DNA of 64,000 bases, taken from assembly GCA_023515725.1 (NCBI GenBank), contig JALDTO010000213.1, positions 628,280 through 692,279 of the forward strand, in the 5' to 3' direction. The notes below the pieces were generated by a model. It saw only the letters and a program-made list of their open reading frames with translations. It was not told where the DNA came from and did no database searches. Source of the DNA: Amoeboaphelidium protococcarum X5. Taxonomy: Eukaryota > Fungi > Aphelidiomycota. Shown in pieces: positions 11,873 to 24,367 of this stretch (its first letter is position 1; every line of letters starts with the position of its first letter). Position numbers and translations under genes: made by a program.

Positions 11873-14800
11873 TCACTTGAACATATTACGCAAGTTGTTC
11901 TCAAATGAATTCTTTCTTTCCCCCGTTGACTTTTAATTAGGCTTCTTCTGCTATGAGCTTGATGACTGCTGATTAGAAGTTGAGCTTTGATTTTAATTAG
12001 ACTACTGCTTCTTATCGGATGATGCAGTGCTCTATTAACTTTGACTGTTAGAAGAACTAGACTTTTACTGCTAAGTTTATGGCTTGACCGCAGGCGTCTT
12101 CTTCTTCTCTCCAGCATTCAAGGAAGACGATGATGATGATGACTAACTCTACAATGATTACTTCTTCTTCTTATCAGCTGCTGATGCTAACTACTCTCTG
12201 TACTCCTTGTAATTTCTGCCATACTTGCGATCATGTTCAGTGTGGAATAACGCCGGGTGAGGGCAATAATTATCAAGACCTCCTAGCGCGGCACGAACTT
12301 CTGGATTCTCAAGCATCTTGTCCATCAACTTTTCATTTCTCATACCATACTCCAAGATCATCAGATTCTTCTCAGATTCTTCTTCTGCTTCTTACTCAGA
12401 GGTATATTTCTTGGTCAGAGCTTCAAACATTATGCGCTCTTCTTCAGCAGGATCAGCATATGGATTGGATTAAAGATTTGAAGCACCAGTTGATGCTTAC
12501 CTACTAGCTTAAGGCTAAGCAGGGCGAGCGGCTGGTTGACTACTAGTAGAAGCAGTTTCTTGACGGCTAGCACTAGATTGCGATTGACTTTTCTGCTACA
12601 AATTAGCATTGGAAGATGAAGCTTTAGAACTACTAGGAGCAGCTGCAGAGCTCTAAGGAGGCCGAGATGAACTTTCGTTCCCATTGCTGGATCCAGCTGC
12701 AGACTATGTGGAGTCACTAGACATGGAAAATTCAGCTCCATATCGCTCTTTATACTGTTATGTTTGCATCATACGCTGCATTAATTCGGCATTTTACATA
12801 CAACGAGCGAACACATTCTAAGAACCGTGAGCTTCCACATAGTCAAATATCTCCTTGTTCCATGGAATATCCATAAATGAGCGCCTAAACATCTCCTCTT
12901 CAATCCTCTTATCAATCGGAGGAGTTTAACTACTGCTGGTGGATGGACGAGATGACGCTGCGTTGGTAGAACTTTACTACTTGGACGACTACTAACGACT
13001 CTGACTAACCTTAGGCTGTGAAGTGTTAGAAGATTAAGAACGACCACTTTACGTAGATGGCGGCTATTGAGCACCTCCCCTATTAGCTGAAGACTATGCA
13101 GAGGACTAACCAGAGCTTTGATTCTGAGATAAACCAAACGCAGCAGGATTAGCTCTCTGCCGCTGCTTCACTTTCGCATCAAATCCAGGAATGAATTTAA
13201 ACTACTCACGAATGGTCGCATTAGCCAACAATCTATCCATAATGTCATCATTGTCGATAGTTCGCTCAAAGATATTATCTTGACCATGAAGGGCAACATA
13301 TTATCTCATCTCTTCCGTCTTCGGTATATTTAAACAGCTTCTCTTGAATATCTCCTCTTCCAACTGCAGATTGATCTCTCTCGATCTACTCTACTAAGCA
13401 GGACGCGTCTACTGTTATGCAGTTGGAGTCTAACGAGCGCTTTACTACCCAGTAGATTGACTATTACGACTTTGACTCTAAGCTGCTCTCTAACTAGCAC
13501 CGCTTTGATTCTAAGTAGTCCCCGATCTTGTACCGCTTTAACTTAAAGTACTTCTTTGACTAGAACCACCACTGCGCTGCTATTTTGACTGCTAATTAGC
13601 ACCTCTTTGTTGTTATCTAGCAGCCTGAGCGGCACGCTAGCCTCTAGTCTGAGGTTCCTATCCCATAAGCAAATATCTCAGACAATCCTCTTATGACACT
13701 GAATTCTAAAAAAGCACATCTGGATTAGTCATGGCAGCCTCCTGAATCTAATCCATAGTCAAGGGAGGACCAAAATAAGCTGAGTGGGTCATTTCAAACT
13801 CAGGATCGACAGTATTAATTCCACTCATTCTCAAGTACTATTAAAATTGAGCTTCGGTCATATTAGGATGATGTTCATCTTCTTCATCGTCCTCCTCCTC
13901 ATCTTCTTCAGATTCATCATAATACTCCTCTTCCATGTCCATGTCCACGCCCATCCCCATGCCGAACATGTTCAATACACTAAGAGGTGGATTAGATTGT
14001 ACTCTGATATCGGCATCCATCCTGCTAGACAATATTGAACTCAAAATAGCATCATGAGACATATTCTGTTGGAATTATGGATTAATCGAATGAGTCAAAT
14101 CATCAATAGCAGCATCATACTCTGATACCAGCTCGGAATATGATTTATACTTTTAAGAGGAATCAGTCTTTTCAAATCCACTTTAAAACTAATTCATCGC
14201 TTTGACATCAATCGATAGCTTCTAAACTTCAGGAGCAATACCATCGACCGGCTCAAATACTTTAATTGTAGAGTCTATTCCACAGGAGGCCATCATTGGA
14301 TACTTTTGATTAAACACTACTCCATTAGTTATCGACTTGTCTCCCTTCCAACAATACGCAGGCAACTACTCTTCTAATCTCAATGCTTTATCCGACACGT
14401 CCAACTTCCATCCGTATATGAATCCATCATCAGACCCTGAACAAATCATATTATAATCTTCCCACTTACTGCAATAGTTTGGAACAAAGTTCATTTACTT
14501 GATCATTGTCTGAATGTTTATATGTCCACTGGCAACGAGGAGAACATCCTTGTCATACTACTGAATATGCTTCATATCAAAGAGAGGTAAGTACAAACTA
14601 TTGCTCGAAGTCTTAAACTACTTCAACTGATCCTACACGGCCACCTCCCTTTGCAATCTTAATTATCTCAGGAATTCATTGGTCGCATCCACAGAACCAA
14701 CACCGAAAGCTCTATTAGCTCTCTCCAGTGCGTCCATACGATTCTGCTAATTCAAGTATTTCTCGCCTCTGAACGGAGTGAAAGCACCTTCATGACGTGG

Positions 14801-16036
14801 ATACTTTACATTCTCACCAAGCACAGAGGACATGACATCCACCAGGTAAATATCATCCTCCTAATAACTGACAGCCAATCTGCCACTCTTATCAAACTTC
14901 ACACTGGCCACGCTCTTGTATTCAGTATCGTCATCCTCATAAACCTTTTTCTGAAATAAACTAGTAAACTCAGATTCATCATTCAGTCCACCAAAGATGT
15001 CTTTATACTTTTACTGTAGTTAATTTCTAGGAAGCTTTATAGGACGATCATGGTAGTCCAACTCTACGCCATATTGATCAAAAGCATTGGACAATCCATA
15101 ACGCATATGACTTGGTGCAAAGGAATAACAAATTCCCTTATAACAATCCAGACTCTTTGGATAGAGATGGAAATTATCAATCGAATGGCCTTACACTTGC
15201 TTTTTACTAGGCTTATACTTTTTACTATCGGCAGGGGAACGATATACCGGTTTATCCAACTTGCGTCTATCAAATACTCTAACAAAAGAGTCGGTACATC
15301 CAAGTGCAATATAGACAGGATCAGTCTACAACATATCCATCGAGGTGACACCAACACCATGTTACCGTGAACACACATCTGAACGGAACATCGACTCTCC
15401 AGTACCATCAATGCCCGCTGCAGACTTACTAGGCCTCATCTAGAACTCGTCACAGCACTCACATCCATCGTACTCGGGAGCAACGTTAACATCAATGTAC
15501 GTGTGCCGATTACAATGCAAATTCCTCTCACGCGATAAATTGCTCTTACAATTGCAACTGGTCCTAATACGTAAGTCATACAAATTCACAGTGCCGTCAC
15601 CACTACATGAAAAGAACTGTGTGGCAGGATTCAGAGGATCAACAATAACATCATTAACAAATCTAGCATGGCAATCAAAAGTGGCAGCTGGAGATTTATT
15701 ATTTCTATAATACTAGTTGATGTCAGTATACGCTACTCTATACTCTGCGTCCCCAGAGATCACCGCGTTCTAACCATCCATAAACTTTACGCAGAAAATA
15801 TTTCTCTAATGACCAGTCTTGATTCTGTGAACAAGATGCTTTACACTTACGCCATTAACTTTAACAGTGCCATCCTCAGACTGACTCCACATGTCATAGA
15901 TGTTGACATGTTTGTCATCACTGCCACTGCACAAATATCTTCCCGAATCATCCCACGCAATACTATTAACACATCCGCTGTGTCCCTACAACTCTTCGCT
16001 CAGCGCTAGTCTCGTCACACAATAGTCATTATCCAT
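11873..16036 (-). CDS. DCAF6/WDTC1/DCAF8-like WD40 CRL4 substrate receptor with long C-terminal extension, about 1387 aa
   Basis: LQGHSGCVNSIAW...SGSDD, YDLR and FDRR (WDxR) boxes, GHINIQTMIKQMNF...SGSDDG, ASCGIDSTIKVFEP. The frame stays open to TGA at 11873. The frame is also open about 43 codons upstream of the ATG, so the start is uncertain. Confidence 0.85.
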
Positions 16037-16451
16037 AATAAAGTATTTCTTTTTAGTTGAATTCTTTACCTAAGCGATTCCGTGGTAAGTTAAACAGTAG
16101 TTAAAATTTAGACTATAATCGCACAAGTCTCTCTACTCGAGTGGAGAAAAGAAAAGAACGGACAATCACCGAGCGCGTACGGTACAAAGAAAAAACATCC
16201 CTCAACGGAAAATGTTCTGATGCGATGTGTACTACCTTCTCAGTGGCTCATTCAGTAGAAGGAAGACGATAAATTAAATCGACTTTGGTACTTTGGTGTT
16301 TTAAAGTGGACAGTTTCTCATGAGAAACGCCCCTCTATACTATACATGATGTCCCAAAATAAGCGACTTCTTAAGATGCACCAGAATCAACTCAATACCA
16401 AAATTTTATTTAATGAATTTCAAACCCTACTCGTAAAATAATTTTTAAAAA

Positions 16452-17384
16452 TCAATGCTCGTTGAACCATTGTAAAGCGTCATGGAAGCAGGAATCTCCG
16501 GGCCCAATCCACAGCGCATGATTACCATTTTCATACAACACAATCTTCTTCTTCTCAGCCGGCAAAGAGGAGCATTTGTCATAGAACTCTTGGCTTGCAT
16601 TTGCGTCAGTAACCTTATCATTCTGGCCATGAGCGATGAACATTGGAACTGACATTTAGGGAGCACACTTCTAAACTTCAGCCATACCATCCATCAAGGA
16701 TAAGCCAGTGGCTACGCGAACATCACCGGAGTACGTACCCGGATCTTGAACGAAATCGCCACTCACAGCCGGATCGGTATGAACATTCTCCTCCACACTC
16801 TCGGCGATAGGCATGGATGGAGCGATGCGCTTAATCACCTTTGCCACCTGCTTCAGGATAAAGCTTGGATCTGATTCACCGTGCACCTTGATCAGAGGGC
16901 AAATCATTGAGATGGCATTGACTTTCACTTCTGGATGACGCACAGTGTATACAGGTACAATGAGTCCACCCATAGACGCGCCCATCAAGTACAATGACGC
17001 GTTAGGAAATGCCTACTTCACGTCCAACACGACTGCATGCAGAGTTTCAATCAAATCATCAAAGTTCATTATCAGACCGTGAGTGCCATCCGATCTTCCA
17101 TGCCCTGGATGATCATACGATACAACAGCATATCCAGCATCCAGGAATGGCTGAACGTAACAAGCAAAGCGGCCAGAATAGTCGCCCATACCTACAGCCT
17201 TTATGACGACTTTCTACACGTCGTCACTCTATGCCATCTACCATGATTGAGCATAAATCTATCCACCGCGCGTATACCACTCACGCGACTAAACACCTTC
17301 CGTCTGCTCCAATTGCAATTCTCCTGCAGTCTTTGGTAAAGATCTTGACTAAAATTATTTACCTCTCGTATACTACTTGACCAT
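16452..17384 (-). CDS. Alpha/beta hydrolase, monoacylglycerol lipase/lysophospholipase family, 310 aa
   Basis: YDHPGHGRSDG, nucleophile elbow GASMGG, HGQNDKVT, catalytic His region GNHAL. Confidence 0.9.
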
Positions 17385-17643
17385 ATCAATTCTTTTATAT
17401 AAAACTCTTAATGTGGGATTGAGACGGAAAATAATGGAACTCTATGAGGCGCAGCACTTGGTGCATACCATTACCCATAGACCCCTGACATCCAACTTGC
17501 GCTGGTGTTGGCAATTAAGTTGCTATAAACGAATTAAGTCAAGGAACTATACTGTGGTGATTTTGCCGATAATGGAAAAGTTTTAATCACTAATGTAAAT
17601 CAAATTTTGATACTATGAAAGTTTAATGTCAAGAGATATATAT

Positions 17644-18726
17644 TCAAGTTTAAAAGTACCTCTGCTGAACCTCGTAGACCAACATTGTGATTCCAAAGAG
17701 CGGTCCAATGATCATACATCTCTGAGTGGCGCCTTTGAAGAATGCACTGACACCCTCTTCACGATAAATCAAAGCTGCAGTCTAACGAATATTCTGGTAT
17801 TTTGCAACTGACGTAGCAGATCCATCAGGGGCCGGAGTAGCTTTAGTTTGGAGACGCGTCTTGATTACATCACTCGGTGTTACGGCAAAGGCGGCCACTA
17901 TACCGGCGAGGATGCTGCCATAAAACACAGAATTAAATGACGCCTTACCCGGCCCACCTGACTTCAGATCTGCTTCTATTGACATTTGTTTAAACCAAGC
18001 GCTCGATGGAAAGAATATAATACTGAAAGGCACATCGCGCAGTAATGTTGCAGACGTTCCGCGATACAATCCACGAAGTCCCAGGTCATTCACGATGGAG
18101 AGTGGTGAAGCTGCGGTGCCTTTAGCCATTTGCGCATTGATCTTTACTACTTCCATTGGATTGGTGGCGACAACTTAAGCAAACCCAGCGGATGCCCCGG
18201 ATATCATACCATACACTACAGGGACATTATCAGCGTCATATAGTTTACGATTTACAGCAGTAGAATTTCCTTAACTTTGAGCCACTTATCGATTTAATCT
18301 ATCAGCAAACTTTTCGCGCACATAGTCATTAGTTGCCAGTTTGATGGCCTTCTCAAAAATGATACCAGAGAGATTTGAGGAGAGTCCACGATATAAACCA
18401 GAGTAACCATCTTGGCGAACAATCTGGCGAAAGCAATCAAATCCATTGCGATATTACTATTACTATTGTGTACCAGGAGATGCCATTTTAGCCTAATTTT
18501 GCATTCTAGTTTTTATCAGATCTAGAGGAAATATAAGAGAGGTACCAACGACTCCTGCAATTGCCGCACATGTCAACTTTGTAGTAAACGGAATCTTGAC
18601 TTTATCAGTTGGTTAATTTTTGTTGTCACCAGCAGAGATTTTTTCTACTGACGGTTTTAAGACCATCAGAGTTGGAGAGGATTTTATCTCAATAGGCTGC
18701 GATATTTTAGATATATCTTTAACCAT
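17644..18726 (-). CDS. Mitochondrial carrier (SLC25), glutamate-carrier-like, 360 aa
   Basis: Three Px[DE]xxK motifs (FPLDLIKTR, NPMEVVK, TPSDVIKTR), EKAIKLATND, LLRDVPFSIIFF. Confidence 0.9.
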
Positions 18727-18945
18727 TGATTTGCTGCAAGTAAATATATCTTTAGCTTCGATGATAAGCTGTGAAGGAGTAAGTCTTAAGTTTCGTTTAA
18801 CGGCGACGCGAAATTTTAAAAGTTGAAACAATTCAAAAATAGCCTGGAAGATAAACTTTTTAAAGGTACAATCCCAGCTAAAGTAATGAGAGATTAGAAT
18901 AAATAAACAAATTCAGGTAACGTTTAAGAGATCAGTCAATTTATG

Positions 18946-20890
18946 TCAGACAAGGAATCTTTGCAATTACTCGACAAATCTTGGGAGATCGGGCTTCTCA
19001 ATCTCGACCGAGTCACCATCGAAAGAGTCTTTTGACGCGGAGATTTTTAGAATTTGGATAGTTTAGTTAAATGCCACATCAAATCGCCTACAATTAAATA
19101 CAACATGAATGAATATCATTTAAAGATTAGTACATAATTTCTTACAATCTATCCTTAGGAGTTTTTGACTAAGACTCAACCTGCGGCACAGATATGCCAA
19201 CCACGAGATAGCGCTACATTTTTTCATTCCAACAGCAAATTACAAGAGGTGTGATCGTTTTGACAGTCTCTCTCATTGCAGATATTAAAGTCAGGCCAAG
19301 TTGGCGGATAGCATAAACATTTCTGAACAGAGTCAAATCATTAGGAATACTTTCATGCAGATGCTATGGGAATAGAGTAGAAAACTGATTTTCGTGTAGA
19401 ACGCAGAGTCTGAAACTTCTAAGCGTTTTCACGGCTTTCTCTTCGATCACCGATATAGCCATACTTGTTATCAGCTGGTTAAAGCTCTTCGCCATCTCGA
19501 CGCCATGCATTAATAACTTGGAATTGCTCAGAGCATCGAAAGCCATAAATGAACCACGCTTAACATCAGATTAGCCATACTGCAACAGCGAGTTTAAAGC
19601 CTCGACTTCATCAACTGCACTGATTACAAATTTATAGCCAAAACGCTTCACAAATGATGAATACCACATATCGAGAATACCAAACGCAGCAGCCTTTTCC
19701 TCAAGTCTATCTTCTAGCTCCTGCAATGATATGCCACTAAAGCCAGTTCCCCAGTGACTATTAACTTCAGCCTTCGATAGTCCTAAAGACACAACATAGT
19801 TATCAAGTTTACTTCGACCTCTCTCTTTCCATAATGCAAACTTGGCCATGAACATTGGAGTTGTTACCATAGACATAAACAGGCTCTAATAACGGTACAG
19901 CCTCAACACTGAATTCTTGCGTTTATAGTAAATAGTTTAGTCATCAGCGTTCAAAGCAGAGGGATCCACTAACGCGCTAGACGAATATTCTCGTGTAGAA
20001 TTAGAATTTAGCCTAGACACTTCGTCTTTTAGTAGAGTAGCAACAGTGTTGTATCCATCTCCAATGGAAGCAGCATTGTGCACTATTGAATTAAAGTAGA
20101 AGGCAGTCGAACCAATTATAGCTGTCCATAAAGACGTATTATTGTTCTTGTTCATCTGAGACGCCATTTCGTACATGATCATTGATACAGGCTTCTGATT
20201 CAGTTCGCCATCTACATCCCCCGAGGAGAAGTAATAGTCATCCAGCAATCTCGCAGCATGTTTCCATTCAAGCTACTTTTCTTACTTGGCCTCATAATTG
20301 TCATCATCTGCATCCGACTGATTGTCATCTTCGCCCCTACTGCCCGCATGACTGCTTTCATCCTCATCATCACCATCACCATCAGTCCGTTAGATGAGAT
20401 CATACGCGTCTTTCACTTGTTTCAGCTCCGTTTCAAAAAGGCCGACGCTTTCGTCAAGAACTATCACGTCGTCAGTGGAGAACAAATTATCCAGATTCAT
20501 TGGGCGGTGAGTATCTGCAATAAAGATGGTAAATTTGCACTAATCCTAGTCCTAACTATCATCCTACACCGTATTGCTGTTGATAGGCAGAAACTCTGCA
20601 ATATCGATAGTTGCACCAAAACCAACGAGGAATATACAGACGGCAGCAACGTTCTCAGAAAGTGGGCACAGCACAGAATCACACAACTTGCTAAATTCTT
20701 TGATCCCATCAACATAGACCACTTTAAATGATAGCAAATCTGCAACAAGCATATCAGTGAGAATTCTCGTACCGCACACAGAATCGACATCTGCATGTGA
20801 TACAATGTACAGAGCAGTATTGGCATTGGACCTGATAAATTGCTTAATATGGTTATAAGCTAAATTGAACTCTTGCTCTTATAAGAACAT
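18946..20890 (-). CDS. CDC45: DNA replication factor Cdc45, 2 exons (intron 19088-19145), 628 aa
   Basis: ADVDSVCGTRIL, DTHRPMNLDNLF, LYRYQSLFMSM. Splicing a 58-nt GT-AG intron restores the C-terminus RFDVAF...DSFDGDSVEIEKPDLPRFVEQL. Confidence 0.92.
19088..19145 (-). other. Spliceosomal intron in CDC45 (58 nt)
   Basis: GTAAGA...TACTAAT...TTGTAG; removal restores the reading frame. Confidence 0.85.
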
Positions 20891-20987
20891 CTTGCTTACA
20901 CAGATTAATGAAGTTTATTAGTTGCAATTGAAGAATTAAATACAAAGCGCCGTCCTGAAACCGCGTCACCTAAAGAAGTTGTCTTCG

Positions 20988-21026
20988 CGTTTCATCTGTA
21001 GAAGCGACGATTCCTCAGATGAAACG
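20988..21026. repeat. Perfect 11-bp inverted repeat with 17-nt spacer in the divergent CDC45/GH5 promoter
   Basis: CGTTTCATCTG (20988-20998) and CAGATGAAACG (21016-21026). Confidence 0.7.
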
Positions 21027-21332
21027 AAAGCTCAGTGAGTGTATATCGGCATCTGTCTTGACTTTAGAAACGACCGTAATATAAAAGTCTATTCACAAGA
21101 ATCTGAGTGAATCTGCGCGATCGTTTCTTTCTTTCAGAGTGACGAATATTTGTTTGAGATCATTTTTGTTGGCAATCTGAGTAATAAACATCATCCAATC
21201 TAATCTTGATTGATTGCTCTCCTGAAAGTTGTTTTTGTGGCTGTTGTAAATATAGCTTTATAATTACACACTGGTTTGAAACTCTTTCTTTATCCACAAT
21301 TAATACATTTCATTGTGAGCTTAAAGTAAAAA

Positions 21333-23984
21333 ATGAAAGTTGAAAGCATGCCTTAATCGATGTAGAATGATGTAAAATAATAATTGCCTGGTGATGCGTT
21401 ATTTATTGATGGAAAGTATTTCAAAGATGGTGCTGGAAGAGTTATAAATTTGAGAGGTGTGAATCTATCTGGTTCAGCTAAATTGCCAACCTACCCAATG
21501 GTGGCATCCACCACTCATGGCCGGCCGTCGTAGGAATTAGATTTTGGCTCAATGGAAGCTTCTTGGTTTGATCACCGCAGTGTGTCATTCGTGGGGCGTC
21601 CCTTCCCGTTGGATGAAGCTTATGAGCATTTGACGCGCCTGAAGAACTGGGGCTTTAATTTTTTGAGATTTTGTATTACCTGGGAGGCTATAGAACATGC
21701 AGGTCCTGGTCAGTTTGATGAAGATTATATTGCATACTTGATTCAAGTACTACAGATCATCAAGTCCATTGGCGGTATCAAAGTGTTCATCGACCCGCAT
21801 CAGGATTGCTGGAGTAGATTTACTGGTGGAAGCGGTGCTCCTAATTGGACTTTGGAGTTGGTTGGGTTTGATTTACGTGTGCTGACTGATGATAGTGTTG
21901 GATGTGCCATTGTTCATAACACTTGGAAGCCTCGTAGCGGTGAAGATCTTGAAAAGTATCCCAAGATGATTTGGCCAACTAATTATCAAAAATTGGGATG
22001 CTTTACCATGTTCACACTCTTCTTTGGTGCTAATTAGTTTCTGCCTCGCTGCTTTGTGTTGAAGAGTGCCACAGATTCTAATCTTGACCGCATGATTATC
22101 TTGACACCTGAACAGTACATCAAGTACAAAAACTAAGCTCCATTTGAGTACGCGTATGAGTAATTAGAGCCGGTTCAGGATTATCTACAGCGACATTATA
22201 TGGAGAGCATCTGTCATTTAATTCGGCGTATCAGAGAATCTGCTGGAGATTTACTTGACTCTATCGTAGCTGGCTATGATACGTTAAATGAGCCGTCGCC
22301 TGGACTCATTGGCCATGACACCTTGAAGTATATCCCGAAGAGTATTGATTTGAAGAGTGGATGTGCTCCGACTTTTCTGTAGAGTATGCTAGTAGGATAA
22401 GGTTTGTCCATCAAAGTTGACTACTACAAATTTAGTGCATTAGGTCCGCGAAAGACTGGTAAAGTTGTGTTGAATCCAAAATAGCTACGTGTATGGAAAG
22501 ATGGATTCCAATGTCCGTACGAAGCTCATGGAGTATACGATCTTGCCACCTAGAGTGTAATTGACGATCAGTATTTCTTCAAAATTAATGGCAAGATGGT
22601 GGATGCAGTTGATCAGTTCTGGTTTCCATTTACCAAGGCTTTTATAAAAAAAGTTCGCGCAGAGCATCACAATGCCATTATATTTTTTGAACCCCCAGTT
22701 ATGGAAAATCCTCCGCATTGGAAAAAGGAACTGGACACTCTTCATCATCGACTTGTATTTGCGCCTCACTGGTATGATGGCATTACTCTTATGAATAAAT
22801 CCTTTTCTAAGTGGTGGACTGTAGATTATGTCGGCTTTAAACGTAATAAATACGCTACAATCTTAAATTCAATCAGCCTCGGATTTAATGGTGTGAAGAA
22901 TAACTTTGCAGGTCAACTGAGGACTATCACTGGTGATGGTGTGGAGCGTTTGGGTGAAGTTCCGACTTTGATTGGTGAAATTGGTATTCCCTTCGATATG
23001 GATAATAAAAATGCATACAAGCGCAGGAGAAATGAAACTACATAACGCGCATCCAAGTTGCCTTTGGTTTAGTCTTTTATGGACTGTTGGAAGCCGAAAA
23101 ATGTGTATTAAAAGCAGCGTAATGCTCTTGATGCCAACATGTTCGGACTTGAGAAGAATTTACTAAACTTTACCCTGTGGAATTACTGTTCATCGAATTG
23201 TCACAAGTGGGGCGATTAGTGGAATGGAGAAGATCTTTCCTTATGGTCCAAAGATGACTACTTTTACGACAATGCGGCTGAGAAGTTGAAGAGAATTGAC
23301 TCTTAGGCTCAAGATGCGGACTCTGCTTATGTGTCTCTAAAGTCTGATGATGCGCAATTGGGAAGAGAACACACCTCTTTTCAAATTGCTCCTATCTCTA
23401 GAGGACGTGAACGATGCGCAACATCGCCTGTTAAATTACCGAGTGAAGAGCATCCATCTTCAGAGTTGAACAAAGGTGCTAGAGCACTTGATGCATTTCT
23501 CCGTCCATACGCGAGAAAAGTGTGCGGCATCCCTACTAGTTAGTCTTTTGATAGCTAGTCTACTGAAAAGTCATTCCGTTTATAGTTTGTTAGCCAATCC
23601 ACTGGCGACGTCAGCAAGACTTAATAACAGACAGCTACTGAAATATTTGTTCCACTGCATCACTATGGTGTGCCTATTGACTTTCTGGTTGCACAAGTCG
23701 CTGCAGATCGCAAGTCGCCGTCTTTCACTCCAACTCAGGCATTAGGAAATTAGTTTACAGTGACTTCGGTGGATTAACTTTTGGCTTTAGTAGAAATGGA
23801 TTAGCCCATGTTTGTGGTAGAAGTATCTAGTGGTAGTTGGTCGTATTGCTTCCAATAGCAGATTGTGTCGTTTGTTCATGATGGCACAGTGTCCCATGGT
23901 AATCAGGCAATTACTATTACTATTAAACGTCTGACAAAGCGATAGGCTAAACAGTTGGTTCTAAGCGCGTTAAATGTTTTTTGA
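21333..23984 (+). CDS. GH5 endoglycoceramidase-related protein (EGCrP/Egh1-like steryl-beta-glucosidase or glucosylceramidase), 883 aa
   Basis: RGVNLSG, TWEAIEHAGPG, IDPHQDCWSRFTGGSGAP, acid/base GYDTLNEP, FAPHWYDG, nucleophile IGEIGIPFDM, WGDQWNGEDLS. Confidence 0.93.
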
Positions 23985-24367
23985 TTGATTGAATCTTTGA
24001 TGAATAGACATTTTCCATGTAACGATAATGCAGCACTTTTATAAGTATTTTCCGTCTTTGTTAAAAATATGGACTACGAAGTTTATGACATCGCGTCGAT
24101 GGATTAATAGATGTTTGATGTACTTGGACCAAAATTTGTTTTCAAGCTGACATTATCACACAATTATAGATTAGTCCAACTAACCAATTAAATCAAATAA
24201 TAAGGATGCATTTATGAGCATAAAAAACTCACCAGTGCATCAGATCGTTGTGAAGTGTTTCAAATGGGCTGAAACTTCATCGCGCCGGGTGTGCGTCACC
24301 AAGGGGACGACTGATCGAGCAGTGCCACACATTGGCTGACTAGTGATCAACTCTACTCATCTGTCAT

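Noticed and set aside
20955-21035. Hammerhead-ribozyme-like core on the minus strand (CTGAGGA...GAAAC)
   Set aside because: No stem I can be formed in any topology; the match is explained by the inverted repeat.
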